A stretch of DNA of 64,000 nt, taken from NCBI GenBank assembly GCA_964016885.1, contig OZ024755.1:21948001-22012000 (forward strand), in the 5' to 3' direction. A program made the translations under genes and the position numbers. The stretch comes from Eledone cirrhosa. Taxonomy: Eukaryota. Under the pieces are notes generated by a model. It saw nothing but the letters and a program-made list of their open reading frames with translations. It did not search any database and had not been told where the DNA came from. Below are positions 1-12,860 of the stretch, in pieces; position 1 is the first letter of the stretch, and each line of letters starts with the position of its first letter.

Positions 1-332
1 CAGAATATTACTAGTATTTATTTAGACAACCTTGGAGGATTGAAAATGAAAATCATCACTAGTAGCATTTAAACTAAAAATTGTGAAATATCAAATAAAT
101 TATATTAAATAATCTAGTATGTTTATTTTTACATTTACAGTCATCTCCACTACATTTTGATATAGATATAGATATAGATTTATGAATTGTAAACATAACA
201 AATGTTTTCCTTTTAATATTTGATATTTCTTCTAATTTTTTCTGGCAGATTTGATTTCAAAGATTTTTGTTTTTGAGTTTTCTTTTGTTGTATGACTGGA
301 AGTTGAAATAGTTTTATCTTTTTAAATTTTAG

Positions 333-426
333 GTGCTGCAAAGTTGTGTGAGTTGTTTGGGAGCTGTTGTGAATAATGTCAGTCATAATTACAGGCTAGT
401 CAAGGATTGTTTTCAAAAATTCTTTG
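333..426 (+). CDS. NIPBL: NIPBL/Nipped-B internal exon (upstream exons lie before the window)
   Basis: AG/GT bounded; encodes VLQSCVSCLGAVVNNVSHNYRLVKDCFQKFFG, resembling human NIPBL VVQHCVSCLGAVVNKV (recalled). Confidence 0.93.
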
Positions 427-525
427 GTTAGTATATTGCTTAAAATATTCAATAATATTTTGTATTGATTTCAATGTAAATAGCATTAGATTTAAAATAC
501 TTTCTAGTATTACTATTATAATCCA

Positions 526-706
526 GTGGATTGGCAGTATCGGTAGAGGGTCGGACGCCATGCTTTCAAGCATAGCTACGTCCCTTTACGATCTGAGTTC
601 AAATCCCGCCGAGGTTGACTTTGCCTTTCATCCTTACGGGGTCGATAAAATAAAGTACCAGTAATGCACTGGGTAATTGCTGGCCTTGTGCCTAAAGTAG
701 AAACAA
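526..706 (+). mobile_element. SINE, family A
   Basis: ggattggcagtatcggtagag...gagttcaaatcccgcc (B-box-like)...aagtaccagtaatgcactggg...tagaaacaa; recurs many times in the window. Confidence 0.8.
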
Positions 707-858
707 GTATTACTATTATAATCAATTTATTTAGCTTTATCAATAATGAAAATGTATATACAGTTTCCTTTTTTTTAATGGAATTGTATTATTTTATACA
801 GTTATGTTTTTGTATCTCTCTCATTCTCATATATCTGTTTTATATTAAACAATTTTAG

Positions 859-1010
859 GTGTTTTGTCTAAATTGATGGCTGATCATAAGAAAAATCCCG
901 ATAATCCAACTCTTGTGAGCAGAAGACCTACTTTACTGCGAGCTTTATTCACAGTTGGTTTGTTATGTAGGCACTTCGACTTTGATTCCAAAGATATGGG
1001 TGAAACAAAG
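859..1010 (+). CDS. NIPBL: NIPBL exon
   Basis: AG/GT, phase-compatible; VLSKLMADHKKNPDNPTLVSRRPTLLRALFTVGLLCRHFDFDSKDMGETK. Confidence 0.95.
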
Positions 1011-1539
1011 GTAAGCTTTTCTATTGTTTTTAAACAACATTGATAGCTATATGCAGAGATTGGTTTACTATGGAATACATTGAAGAATTTCAGTAAAAAC
1101 TAGAACTCCCGAAAAAGTATCTGATATCTAAGAACTGGATAGTGAATATAACTAAGGTTTTGATGGCAGAGAAATGGTCTTGTTTACGTCCAATGTTCCA
1201 CACTTGCTCATTTGAGCAGGCTAGCTAAACCTCCATAGGTTTGAGCTGTAAATTTTATTTTTTTCATTTCACCATATAGCGTACATTTATTTTTGTTGTA
1301 TAATTCTTTTAGAATATTTTTCAGTTCATGTTATATATATAATTATAACAGAAAAAATTCCATGCTATAGTTTATGGTTTTCCAGAATAAAAATCCCTCT
1401 CCTATTTTCATGTTATAGCATTCTATACTGTAGGCCAAGGTGATTAGGTTCATAATCATCATTGCCACTACTACAGTTACTATTAGGTTGACATGGGTTG
1501 AACAGGTTTACAAAGCTACAGCATTTAACACTTTCTGAC

Positions 1540-2930
1540 CCTCCGTACATCCACAGTATTAGTATATACCCCTGTAATTCCACAGCATCAGTATATACCC
1601 CTATACGTCCATTGTATTAGTATATACCCCTGTAATTCCACAGCATCAGTATATACCCCTATACGTCCATTGTATTAGTATATACCCCTGTAATTCCACA
1701 GCATCAGTATATACCCCTATACGTCCATTGTATTAGTATATACCCCTGTAATTCCACAGCATCAGTATATACTCCTATACGTCCATTGTATTAGTATATA
1801 CCCCTGTATGTCCACAGCATCAGTATATACCTCTGTACGTTCACATCATGAGTATATACCTCTGTATGTCCACATCATGAGTATATACCCCTGTACGTCC
1901 ACAGCATGAGTATATACCCCTGTACATCCATAGTATTAGTAGATACGCCTGTACATCCATAGTATTAGTATATACCCCTGTACATCCATAGTATTAGTAT
2001 ATACCCCTGTACATCTGTAGTATTAGTATATACCCCTGTACATCCATAGTATTAGTACATACCCCTGTACATCCATAGTATTAGTACATACCCCTGTACA
2101 TCCATAGTATTAGTATATACCCCTGTACATCCATAGTATTAGTATATACCCCTGTACATCCATAGTATTAGTATATACCCCTGTACATCTGTAGTATTAG
2201 TATATACCCCTGTACATCTGTAGTATTAGTATATACCCCTGTACATCCATAGTATTAGTATATACCCCTGTACATCTGTAGTATTAGTATATACCCCTGT
2301 ACATCCATAGTATTAGTATATACCCCTGTACATCCATAGTATTAGTATATACCCCTGTACATCCATAGTATTAGTATATACCCCTGTACATCCATAGTAT
2401 TAGTATATACCCCTGTACATCCATAGTATTAGTATATAGCCCTGTACATCTGTAGTATTAGTATATACCCCTGTACATCCATAGTATTAGTATATACCTC
2501 TGTACATCCATAGTATTAGTATATACCCCTGTACATCCATAGTATTAGTATATAGCCCTGTACATCTGTAGTATTAGTATATACCTCTGTACATCCATAG
2601 TATTAGTATATACCCCTGTACATCTGTAGTATTAGTATATACCCCTGTACATCCATTGTATTAGTAAATACCCCTGTACATCCATTGTATTAGTATATAC
2701 CCCTGTACATCCATAGTATTAGTATATACCCCTGTACATCCATAGTATTAGTATATACCCCTGTACATCCATAGTATTAGTATATACCCCTGTACATCCG
2801 TAGTACCAGTATATACCCCTGTACATCTGTAGTATTAGTATATAGCCCTGTACATCCATAGTATTAGTATATACCCCTGTACGTCCATAGTATTAGTATA
2901 TACCTCTGTACATCCGTAGTACCAGTATAT
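1540..2930. repeat. 29-bp minisatellite, about 48 copies
   Basis: Unit ccctgtacatccatagtattagtatatac; 58-bp dimer variant at the 5' end. Confidence 0.95.
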
Positions 2931-3147
2931 ATGTTATGTTAACTTTACCGATGCTACATAGTGTTTCTGGTTTATATTTTTTTGCTGATTATCCCACAAG
3001 CACATACATTATAACCGGTATCTGGGGGATATGGGATTTGATTTCTCATAGCAGCTGATGACAACTTCTTTTACCATCTTTAAGAGTCTTCACCCTATTT
3101 TATAGCATCTCCAGACATGAGCACACCATTCTTTATATTAACACATT

Positions 3148-3276
3148 ATTAACTATCAAAGATGTCATAAGCAACTAATTTTGACAATGTTTTCATGAAA
3201 TATTAACACATTATATGTTTATATTTCATGAAAACATTGTCAAAATTAGTTGCTTATGACATCTTTGATAGTTAAT
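3148..3276. repeat. Perfect 56-bp inverted repeat with 17-nt loop
   Basis: 3148-3203 is the exact reverse complement of 3221-3276. Confidence 0.95.
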
Positions 3277-3386
3277 TGACAGAAATTGTGAAATGATTAG
3301 TAGGAGTATGGTAACAGCTAACTACCTCTAATAATTTTTTTATCGATAAACATAGATTAATGAGGATTTCATTTTATTGACTACAG

Positions 3387-3477
3387 GTTTCTATTAAGGA
3401 TCGGGTTTTTGATGTTCTTTCATATTTTATTGCCCACGAAGATGAAGATGTGCGCATAAAAGCTCTTACAGGTCTAG
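3387..3477 (+). CDS. NIPBL: NIPBL exon
   Basis: AG/GT; VSIKDRVFDVLSYFIAHEDEDVRIKALTGLG. Confidence 0.93.
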
Positions 3478-4019
3478 GTAAGTTGAATTTTCTTACTATA
3501 AAACCAAAAGGATTTGTTGATTTTGGATTCAATTAGACATCTAGTGAATGTTTGACAGTTATCTCCTAAAACTATAATTTGTAGATATATATTTCATTTA
3601 TGTATATAAAAAATACCTCTCCTTTATATATAAAACTGTAATTTGTAGTTATTACATATTTCATTTATCTATATAAAAATACCTCTCCTTTATATTAAAA
3701 TTAGAACTTTATCTGATATAAACCAGCGGTTCCAATTTTCTCAATATATTGGAATATAAAAGTAATAAATATTTAAAAATTGAAACACATTCGGTATTTT
3801 AATGCTACTGATTTATCAATGCAGAAATTTCTAGATGATTCACAAAGAAAAAGTTTAAGAATTTCAGTGTATGTGGTAGTGTAGAAATGTTTGCTAACTG
3901 ACTTGCCTTGATTTTATTGAAATGTGAAAGATAACTAATATTTAGGGATGGAATGCAATAAAAGAATAAGGCTTCAGTAGAACTGATTCAACTAATTTTC
4001 AAATTGTATTTTGTTCTAG

Positions 4020-4126
4020 GTTTCATGTGTATCCGTCATTATGAGTACATGCTTGGGAGGACCCTTAAAGAGCTCTATTATTATCTTTTGACTGACTATA
4101 ATGCATCAATGAAGCTAAAAATTCAG
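4020..4126 (+). CDS. NIPBL: NIPBL exon
   Basis: AG/GT; FMCIRHYEYMLGRTLKELYYYLLTDYNASMKLKIQ. Confidence 0.92.
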
Positions 4127-4228
4127 GTATACCTTTGTTTTTATATATTTCAATATATTTTTCCAATTAAAATATTATAGTTTTAATATCAACTAGTTCA
4201 TACAGGATGGACATCTAACCAGTGTTTA

Positions 4229-4476
4229 GTTTAACCTCTCATTCTCACCCACAAAATACCACTCCACCCTGTTTAATCTCTCAGTCTCATCCACAAAACA
4301 CCACTCCATCTTGTTTAATCTCTCATTCTCATCCACAAAACACCACTCCATCTTGTTTAATCTCTCATTCTCACTCACAAAACACTCCTCCATCCTGTTC
4401 AATCTCTCATTCTCATCCACAAAACATTGCTCCATTCTGTTTAATCTCTTATCCACAAAATACCACTCCATTCTGT
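4229..4476. repeat. 42-bp tandem repeat, about 6 copies
   Basis: Unit tgtttaatctctcattctcatccacaaaacaccactccatct; explains ORFs 4222..4515 and 4226..4471. Confidence 0.9.
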
Positions 4477-4973
4477 GAGCTGCTTATGGCAAAATTTATT
4501 CAAATTAACTCTTAACATCATCTAACGATTTAGTAAAAAAATATCCCAAAACAGGTTTGTTAATTCAAATGTTTTTAGTATCTTTTCTAGTGGATAGATC
4601 TTTGTGAAAAATTGCAATACATTAAAAATTTTAATTTTTAATGTGATACAGTCATAGTGCTATTTTATATTTTCAAGAATGTCTTGCTGATATGATTTCA
4701 TGCGGTACAGGATGTTAAGACTTAATTTTATGACAACATAGAGGGCATGAAATTAAATTTTTTTTCATTATGTGCTTTATGCATGAAAAACTTTTGAGAT
4801 AAATTTACATATCACGAAAAACTAATTTAATGAAAATTTAGATTTAAATTCTCAATCTTTTAAAGTTTAATTCTAATTTGTATGGCCTGTACTAAATTTT
4901 ACTGTTTGTTTATATATATAAAATTTCTCTGTTTATATTTTGAATTAATTAATATTTTTATATTTTAATATAG

Positions 4974-5040
4974 GCTTTAAAAAATCTTCATGGTTATTTA
5001 GTTGAAGAAGAAGCCAAGATGATTCAAGCAGATGCAGAAT
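4974..5040 (+). CDS. NIPBL: NIPBL exon
   Basis: AG/GT; ALKNLHGYLVEEEAKMIQADAE(W). Confidence 0.92.
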
Positions 5041-6179
5041 GTAAGTTTGTTGAGGTTGCTGTTATATAACTATTTATTTATAATTTGTAATGTAGGTTTA
5101 TAATGTAAATTTATAGAAGTTGGCTGTTATATAACCATTCATTTATAATTTGTAATGTATGTTTATAATTTAAATTATTTGAACTGTTAGAGATTTAAAA
5201 TTGATATTTGTGGAAGTGTCAAATCAAACCACACTGTAACATGGTTGGTGTTAGGAAGAGATCTAGCTTTAGAAACCAAGCCAAAATACAGATCTGTATG
5301 AGCAAGACATTGTCTCATAACGTGACAACTCATCTAATCCATGTTTTGTGTGGAAAATGGATGTTAAATGCTGCTGCAGCTGATACCTGTATAATACAAG
5401 AGTGGGGTGACTTTCTATATTTAAAAGTACCTGATTAGCTGGATTCTTCATTAAATTGATTATGAATTGATTATTAAAATAGATTATACAATAACAGAAA
5501 CGGGATGTATGAATTTTACATGGTCTCCTTTCTGACCTACACCCAACATGACAGCCTGGCTGACCTAGTCTCAATGTAGTTGTAGTGCCATGAAAAAAAG
5601 CTGACAAGGGCAGATAATTCCTGTTTTGAACCATTGTGATTACTTATATATCTGAAACGTTGAGTTCAGTAGAATTTTATTTTGTTATCTAAAGGGAGGA
5701 GCGCGGGACTGCGTATGGTTTATAATTTTTTATCCCATTAGTAAAATAAGTTGGATTACTTTGAATAAATAATTTATCTACTAAATTTCGTGGCTATTGA
5801 TTAAATATATTTTGTTTATTTAAAGATTCACTTCTTTCAAATTTCTGGTTGGCGATCGCTTAAATAAACATACTAATTTTCTGTCACTAATTTTCTCCTA
5901 ATGCAGTTTATATATAATATCGTCTTTTTTTAATGTATCATGGATTACATTACTGATTACATAAGACAGTGTAATGCAGTCTTCGCTCAATTTCTATGTA
6001 TTATATATTGTCAATTACAATTTTATTTGATGTATCATATCTACATGTATATATACTTGCGTATAATATCAATATTCACACTACACAGGCTAGCAGAAAA
6101 CCACCCGATGGGTGGTTTTTCTGCTAGTCATTTTAAGTAAAGCAGTTTCAGTATCTAATATTTGTTTGAAATAAGAAAT

Positions 6180-6375
6180 TGGCTGTTAGAAAATATCTGA
6201 GTTAGTTGTGGTCGGTATTTTAGAAGTATATCAAACATTGCTACTGTAAGTGGCTGTTAGAAAATATCTGAGTTAGTTGTGGTCGGTGTTTTAGAAGTAT
6301 ATCAAACATTGCTACTGTAAGTGGCTTTTAGAAAATATCTGAGTTAGCTGTGGTTAATGCAAGTGGCTGCTAGTT
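6180..6375. repeat. 72-bp tandem repeat, about 2.7 copies
   Basis: tggctgttagaaaatatctgagttag...ctgtaag repeated. Confidence 0.85.
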
Positions 6376-6424
6376 TTGAAAACTTCAGGATTGTGGTTTA
6401 CAATTGCTGTTGTTTTACTTTCAG

Positions 6425-6479
6425 GGAGAAAACAGTGTAAAGCTGAAGATCTAAGAGACATGGGTGATGTACAGTCTGG
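6425..6479 (+). CDS. NIPBL: NIPBL exon
   Basis: AG/GT; (W)RKQCKAEDLRDMGDVQS(G), conserved EDL.(E/D)MGDV.SG motif. Confidence 0.93.
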
Positions 6480-6816
6480 GTAAGTCGACATTTTATGATT
6501 TTCTTCTCTGCATCTTTTTAGTCCAATTTGGTTAATTCCTTTTTTTTTTTTTTTTTTTTTTTTCCATAGTATTTATCATCAAATTTTGCCAAAAGCACAC
6601 AAAATTATAATATATACTTTGTGAAATTTGGGTTGTAGCTAGTTGTTGTGGGTTGTTGGACTGGATCAAACCTTTTAATTATAAACTATCAATCATACCA
6701 TTTAGTTCACTGCACCAACTTTTAAAATCTCCATCTTTGATTGATTTGAGTATTGATTATTGATTAATATTTGATCACCGTAGAACTTATATTTAGTATT
6801 TTTAATAAAATTATAT

Positions 6817-7173
6817 TATGAGGGTCAGCTGAAAAGTTCATAGGCTGACCAAGATACTGTCATGGACTGACCAAATGAGGTTTTTTTTTTCTTCAACATA
6901 GTCCCTAGAAAGAAGCAATGCAGTTATTAAGAAGAACAGTTGAAATTAATGCATGCAAGATTTCACAGCTTTAGCATCAGTTCTTTATAGCTGACCAAGA
7001 TATTCTCATTGAATGATCAAATGAGGTTTATTTTTCAACATAGTCCCTAGAAAGAAACAATGCAGTTATTAAGGTGACGAGTTGAAATTAATGGACTATA
7101 TGCAAGATTTCACAGCTCTAGCATCACTTCTTCATAGTCAGTTTATGAACTTTTCAGCCGCATGACCCTCGTA
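6817..7173. mobile_element. Mariner-type MITE with internal duplication
   Basis: TIRs tatgagggtcagctgaaaagttcata / tatgaacttttcagc...gaccctcgta, TA at both ends. Confidence 0.8.
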
Positions 7174-7287
7174 CATTAGTCGGTTATTGATTACTCTTTA
7201 ACCACAGTAAACCTATGTTAATATAATTACATAATATTAGTCTTTGTTATTGACATTTCATTATTGTTCTCCCTGTTATTATTTCAG

Positions 7288-7423
7288 AATGGCTAGTACT
7301 ATAATACAAGTCTATCTTAAACAGATTCTTGAATCTTTTATTTGTGCCAATTCTCAAGTACGTGGAGCTGCTTTAGATGTTATACATCTTGTTCTACGAC
7401 AAGGCCTAATTCATCCTGTACAA
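7288..7423 (+). CDS. NIPBL: NIPBL exon
   Basis: AG/GT; MASTIIQVYLKQILESFICANSQVRGAALDVIHLVLRQGLIHPVQ. Confidence 0.96.
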
Positions 7424-7630
7424 GTAGGTAGCATTGCATACTTTTATTATAAAACAATACTATTTAATTTTGAAATAACACACTTCACAATTTGTATATT
7501 CACAGAGAGAGAGGTTATTGTAAAACTAACTCTATAAAATATTTTCTTGTTTGAGTGAGTAAAAATGAAGAGAGAGAGAGAAGTAGAGGTTATTGTAAAA
7601 CTATAAAAGAATTTGTTTTTCACATTTCAG

Positions 7631-7738
7631 TGTGTACCTTATCTTATAACTATGGGAACAGAAAGTGATGCTGCTGTCAGAATTAAAGCTGACCAACAGC
7701 TACAAGAGATAGATAAGAAATATCCTGGTTTCATTCAT
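7631..7738 (+). CDS. NIPBL: NIPBL exon
   Basis: AG/GT; CVPYLITMGTESDAAVRIKADQQLQEIDKKYPGFIH. Confidence 0.96.
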
Positions 7739-8137
7739 GTAAGCTAATTGTTATTTAAACATTAAAAACATTTCTAAATTATGGAGCATGTTATTAATAA
7801 AAACTGTAGTTGACACGAGGTTTTCAGACTGAAGTTTTGATGCTATGGTGTCTGATTCTTAGCCAGAATACCAATTGGCATATTTCTTGACTTTAAAGAC
7901 ACTCCACAAAACAGTTTTTTAGCCATTAAAAGTATAAAATGTTTTATTTATTTTATTTTGTTTTCATATTGTAGACTCGTTAAGAATTAATTTCAGAAAG
8001 TATAATCAGATTGATATATTTGCCTATTACTGTATAATGTTTCATTTTATAAACGTTGTTGTTGATTATAATATCTGTTCTTTTATTATTTAGTTTTGTG
8101 TATTAAATTTACGATTATTTTCTTTCATTATAATTAG

Positions 8138-8338
8138 ATGAAGGCTCTTCAAGGAATTAAGATGTCCTACAAAATACAGAGTATCATTCAAGACCCCTCA
8201 GAGCCGGTCCGTGGCCTTAGAAACATGGATACTTCCTATCAAAGTCTAAATGCATTCCTTTACACAGTCCTTAGAGGAAACAGACAACACAGGCGAGGGC
8301 TTCTCACTTCAGTGTTAAATTTGTTTGATGATTCTGCC
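8138..8338 (+). CDS. NIPBL: NIPBL exon
   Basis: AG/GT; MKALQGIKMSY...LRGNRQHRRGLLTSVLNLFDDSA. Confidence 0.96.
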
Positions 8339-8920
8339 GTAAGTCAATGATATTTTATTCAATTATACTCTTTTGATGTTCATTTAAAAAAGTGTAACAG
8401 AAAGAAAGAAAGTTGTGTGTTTAGTTGGTAAAACTGTTTTTTTTTCTTTCTAACTTTTAATTTTTAGTTTGTGTTAAATTGTGCAAATTCTTGTACACTT
8501 TGTATAGATTGTTTGGCACAAGGCTAATATCTTGATGGGGAAGGTTATAATTAATTGATTAACCCAAGTAAATCATTAGTGCTCATTTTATTGAACTAGA
8601 TCATTTCAAGGTTTTAAACTTTTTATGTAGCTCGTCAATAGTGAGTTTATAAACATTGCCAAATTAGTTGATTAAAATTTTAATTAGAATTTGGTCTATA
8701 AATATCATATTTGTTACTACTCTTGGGGTTTCTTTGATTTGAAAACAACACAAAACAAAACAAAACTTGGTGTAAATATGGGGCTGCTGATTTTGAATTT
8801 TTAAATGTGAGGCTGCTGATGTTGAATTTTTCAAGTAAAAACATGAATTTGTGTGATTTAATTACATTGTAAATATATAAACATATTTGTTGTTATTTGA
8901 AAATATATTTGTTATTTTAG

Positions 8921-9067
8921 AGGGTATCATTAGAAGAGTTGTTATATGTTGCTGATAATTTGGCGTTCTTTCCTTACCAAACACAAGATGAACCTTTATT
9001 TATCATTCACCAAATAGACATCATTGTATCTGTCTCAGGATCAAATTTGTTACAGTCTTTCAAAGAA
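8921..9067 (+). CDS. NIPBL: NIPBL exon
   Basis: AG/GT; RVSLEELLYVADNLAFFPYQTQDEPLFIIHQIDIIVSVSGSNLLQSFKE. Confidence 0.96.
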
Positions 9068-9253
9068 GTATGTATTCTTTCTCACTGGAACTAGAATTGT
9101 TATTTTTTATATCTATCTTCATTGTTATTACTAACTACACTTCTAAGAATTCTAATAGGGATTGTTCAAGAGCTACTAAACTAATTTGAAATGAAAATTA
9201 ATTAATATTTCTTTTCACTGTTACTGTTAGTTTAAATTTAAGTGAATTAATTT

Positions 9254-9473
9254 CCATATATATACTCGAATATAAGCTGAGGAATATGTGACCAAAAAAT
9301 CAATGGTAAAATGGTGGGTCAGGTTATATATGCCATCTAAACAATGTGTTGATTAGCTGCCTCAGCTTATAAATGAGGTTTGGATTTTTGCCTATGGATT
9401 TTTGCCTTCTCAGGCATAATATAGCGGGACTTGGTTTATATTTGGATCGGCTTATATTCGAGTATATACAGTA
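9254..9473. mobile_element. pogo/Tigger-type MITE
   Basis: TIRs tatatactcgaatataagc / gcttatattcgagtatata(cagta). Confidence 0.75.
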
Positions 9474-9612
9474 ATTTCATATGAATTACCTTCTTTTTAA
9501 AAGTATTTCTTAAGATTTTGCAATATATTAATTTTTAATATCGTCAATGTTTTCTCCTCATCAGTGAAAAAAAATGTAATATTAATATTATACCTGGTTT
9601 CTTTTATCCCAG

Positions 9613-9709
9613 GGAATATTTATGAAAAATAACTCAAATCAAAATAGTGATAAAAAGAAAAAAGATTTTTATGATGATGAAGAAGAAGAAGATCTAGAAA
9701 CTTTAATGG
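9613..9709 (+). CDS. NIPBL: NIPBL exon (low-complexity linker)
   Basis: AG/GT, phases 0 to 1 bridge the neighbouring exons; GIFMKNNSNQNSDKKKKDFYDDEEEEDLETLM. Confidence 0.85.
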
Positions 9710-9954
9710 GTAATTTTCTATTACATTTATATCTTCAATTTAATTGTAAAACAAAATATATTTTAATTTTGCATTAATTTAACAAAAGGTGTAAAAATAT
9801 ATTGAGAAATATGAGACAGTTGAATATGGATTGATGCAGTTAATGTATCACTCCCTCCAATATGTGGATCCATGCAGTTAATATATCACTCACTCAACAA
9901 TGTTGATCCATGCAGTTAATATATCATTCCCTCCACAATTAATGTGGTTTCCCC

Positions 9955-10387
9955 ACTCTGTAACACCTTGGCTACCTTGTCTCCTATCATAATCTCAGAC
10001 AAAGCCAGGCCATGGTACCACTGTAACACCTTGGCTACTTTAGTCTCAGACAAAGCCAGACCATGGTACCCACTGTAACACCTTGGCTACCTTAGTCTCA
10101 GACAAAGCCAGACCATGGTACCCACTGTAACACCTTGGCTACCTTAGTCTCAGACAAAGCCAGACCATGGTACCCACTGTAACACCTTGGCTACCTTAGT
10201 CTCAGACAAAGCCAGACCATGGTACCCACTGTAACACCATGACTACTTTGTCTTCTATCTTAGTCTCAGACAAACACAGACTATGGTACCCACTGTGATA
10301 CATTAGCTACCTTAGTCTCAGACAAACCTAGACCATGGTACCAACTGTATGACTCCTTGGCTATTTTGTCTTCTATCTTAGTCTCAC
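9955..10387. repeat. About 53-bp minisatellite, about 8 copies
   Basis: Unit cactgtaacaccttggctaccttagtctcagacaaagccagaccatggtacc. Confidence 0.9.
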
Positions 10388-10697
10388 AAATTCATCAAAT
10401 TGTACTTTTCCAGTCTTGGAAGTCTTCTACAAAATAAAGATCTATTTTAAATTATTTTGCTAGGAGTAAAGGGGTAATGGGATGCTGATAGTGTTAGCTT
10501 CAGAATTAGGAAGATTCTCCTTTTTCTTTCTATTTTATTTTGGCATGAGTTGGTAAAGGGTTTTTATGGAACACATTACCAACTTAATTTCCGTAAGGAG
10601 GTTTTACTCATGTCTATAGTAAGCTTTATTTTATTTTATTTTACTTCTAATGATCAAGTAATTATCAATAATACTGTGAAGGTGAATTAATTGTTTA

Positions 10698-10893
10698 TAC
10701 AAGGGGCAGCTGAAATGTTCAGAGGCTGACCAAGATACTCTCATGGATTTACCAAATGAGGTTTATTTTTCAACATAATACCTGGAAAGAAACAATGCAG
10801 TTATTAATAAGAGTTGAAATTAATGCATGCAAGATTCAACAGCCCTAGCATCACTCCTTTATAGTCAGCCTAAGAACTTTTCAATCCATCCTA
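10698..10893. mobile_element. Second copy of the mariner-type MITE
   Basis: Clear similarity to 6817-7173 (ggctgaccaagatact...aatgcagttattaa); a fragment also lies near 61695-61765. Confidence 0.75.
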
Positions 10894-11063
10894 TTATATT
10901 AACCACACCGTGATTACTTTCTCTAGATTACAGGTAGATGAATATTTTGTAGGCTGTAAATATTCTGTTTGTTGTCAATTTTCTGTTTGTTTTACTGTCG
11001 AAACTTTTAATTCTGTTAGTTTTATTGTCTTTTTAAATATTCAAATTTTATTTTTCATTTCAG

Positions 11064-11181
11064 AAAAACTGCAAAGTTGCAGCATTAAACCTTTACAAGA
11101 AATTTGCAGAATTTCCCAAGGCTGTATTCTTTTATTGGTATTAAAACAGCATTTAAAAGATTTATATGGCTTTACTGATAG
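11064..11181 (+). CDS. NIPBL: NIPBL exon
   Basis: AG/GT; KLQSCSIKPLQEICRISQGCILLLVLKQHLKDLYGFTD(S). Confidence 0.94.
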
Positions 11182-11605
11182 GTAATAATATTAGCATTTA
11201 TATATTATCTTGTATGAATCTTGTTTTATATCTGCTTTTCCATGCTTTCATGGTTTGGACTGGTTCTTCTCAGCATGGCATCTCTCCACAATGATATTGA
11301 TATTAACTGATATTTCTGCTGTTTCCATTTAATTACATCATACCTCCCACTTTGATCAGTCTCAAAACTCTCACTACACCCCACTCTCAATATTTCACTT
11401 ATGTTTTCATTCTCCTACTGTCATTCACTCACTCACTGCCGTTTGATAACTTATTACTTCCACAGTTTCTTTCTTCAGCGAGAGCAAATAAAAGCACATT
11501 CCAAAATTATTTTATGGCTTATATATATTTTTGTAATTATATTTTTTTTAATGGTAATATAGGATAATGTTAATGAAAATAATGTAATTTATTTTATAAT
11601 TTCAG

Positions 11606-11777
11606 TAAAATATACCGGTACTCCCCAACAGAAGCAGCCAAAATTTATGACAAACCTTTATCTCGGAAATTTTGTGTTGAATTTACACCTACATCAACTA
11701 TAGAATTATTGAAAAAAGGTACAGAAAAATTAGATGAGAGAGAAGCCCGGAAAAAGTTGGTTGAAGAATATTTAGAT
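11606..11777 (+). CDS. NIPBL: NIPBL exon
   Basis: AG/GT; KIYRYSPTEAAKIYDKPLSRK...LVEEYLD. Confidence 0.94.
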
Positions 11778-12124
11778 GTAAGGAATACATTTTTTACCTT
11801 TATTTCTTTTATTCTAAAAGTGTTGGACTGCTTTGCAGTATCTGTTTCTGTTCTGTGTATTTTGAGATAAAACCCTATCTCCTATCACCAGAAAAGCTGT
11901 GGCACTTCTATCAGGAGTTACCACTGATAGTAACAGTAATAGAAAGATCAATGGAAACATTTTCTTTAGCCTGATCTGGAAAATCAGTTTCTTTCTTTTT
12001 TCATAGTAATTGTATTTATTTATTACATCCAAATATTTTTGTTGAAATAAATAAATAAAAGAAAATATCTGAATAAATCTGATTCTTTACATATTAAAAT
12101 ATTTCATTGTTTTTGTCTTTATAG

Positions 12125-12310
12125 TTCAAACATTTAATGTTAAGTATTGATCCTCCTGATGACAATGATTCTGATGATAACAAGAGTACAGGAAGAGCAT
12201 CTCCTATACCGAAAAAGCCAGTAGAAAAGCAGGAGGGAATTGAACAAACACCAGAAAAATCAACTGTAGTTGAGAAAATTTCTGATGGGAGTGATGGTAT
12301 CAAAATAAGG
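12125..12310 (+). CDS. NIPBL: NIPBL exon
   Basis: AG/GT; FKHLMLSIDPPDDNDSDD...GIKIR. Confidence 0.9.
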
Positions 12311-12392
12311 GTATGTTTATATTTAAAATTGGTGTAAATAAAACATATTATGCTTATTAATTATACAATGTCCTACTGCTTACTTACAGTGG

Positions 12393-12860
12393 GAAGGTGC
12401 ATGGTTTAGTGGTTAGAGCATCGGGCTTGCAATCATGAGGTTGTGAGTTTGCTTCCTGGACCAGGCTATGTGTTGTTCTTTAGCAAGACACTTTATTTTA
12501 CATTGCTCCAGTTCACTCAGCTGTAGAAATGAATTGCGACATCACTGGTGCTAAGCTGTATTGGTCATTGCCTTTCCCTTGGACAACATCACATAGTGTG
12601 TATCTAGTCTATATATAGTGTATATGTGGTATACACAATGTATATATAGAGTGTATATGGGTTGCGATGACACTGAAGCTAAGCTGTATTGGCTATTTCC
12701 ATTCCCTTGGACAACATTGGTGCCATGGAAAGGGGAGACTGGTATGCATGGGTGACTGCTGGTCTTCCACAAATAAACTTGCCCAGACTTGTGCCTCATA
12801 AGGGAAACTTTGTAGGTGCAAATCCCTTGGTCATTCATGACCAAAAGGGATCTTTACCCC
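12393..12860 (+). mobile_element. tRNA-derived SINE (family B-related)
   Basis: A-box tggtttagtggttagagc, B-box-like gagtttgcttcc, central agcaagacactttattt...ttgctccagtt. Confidence 0.8.
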
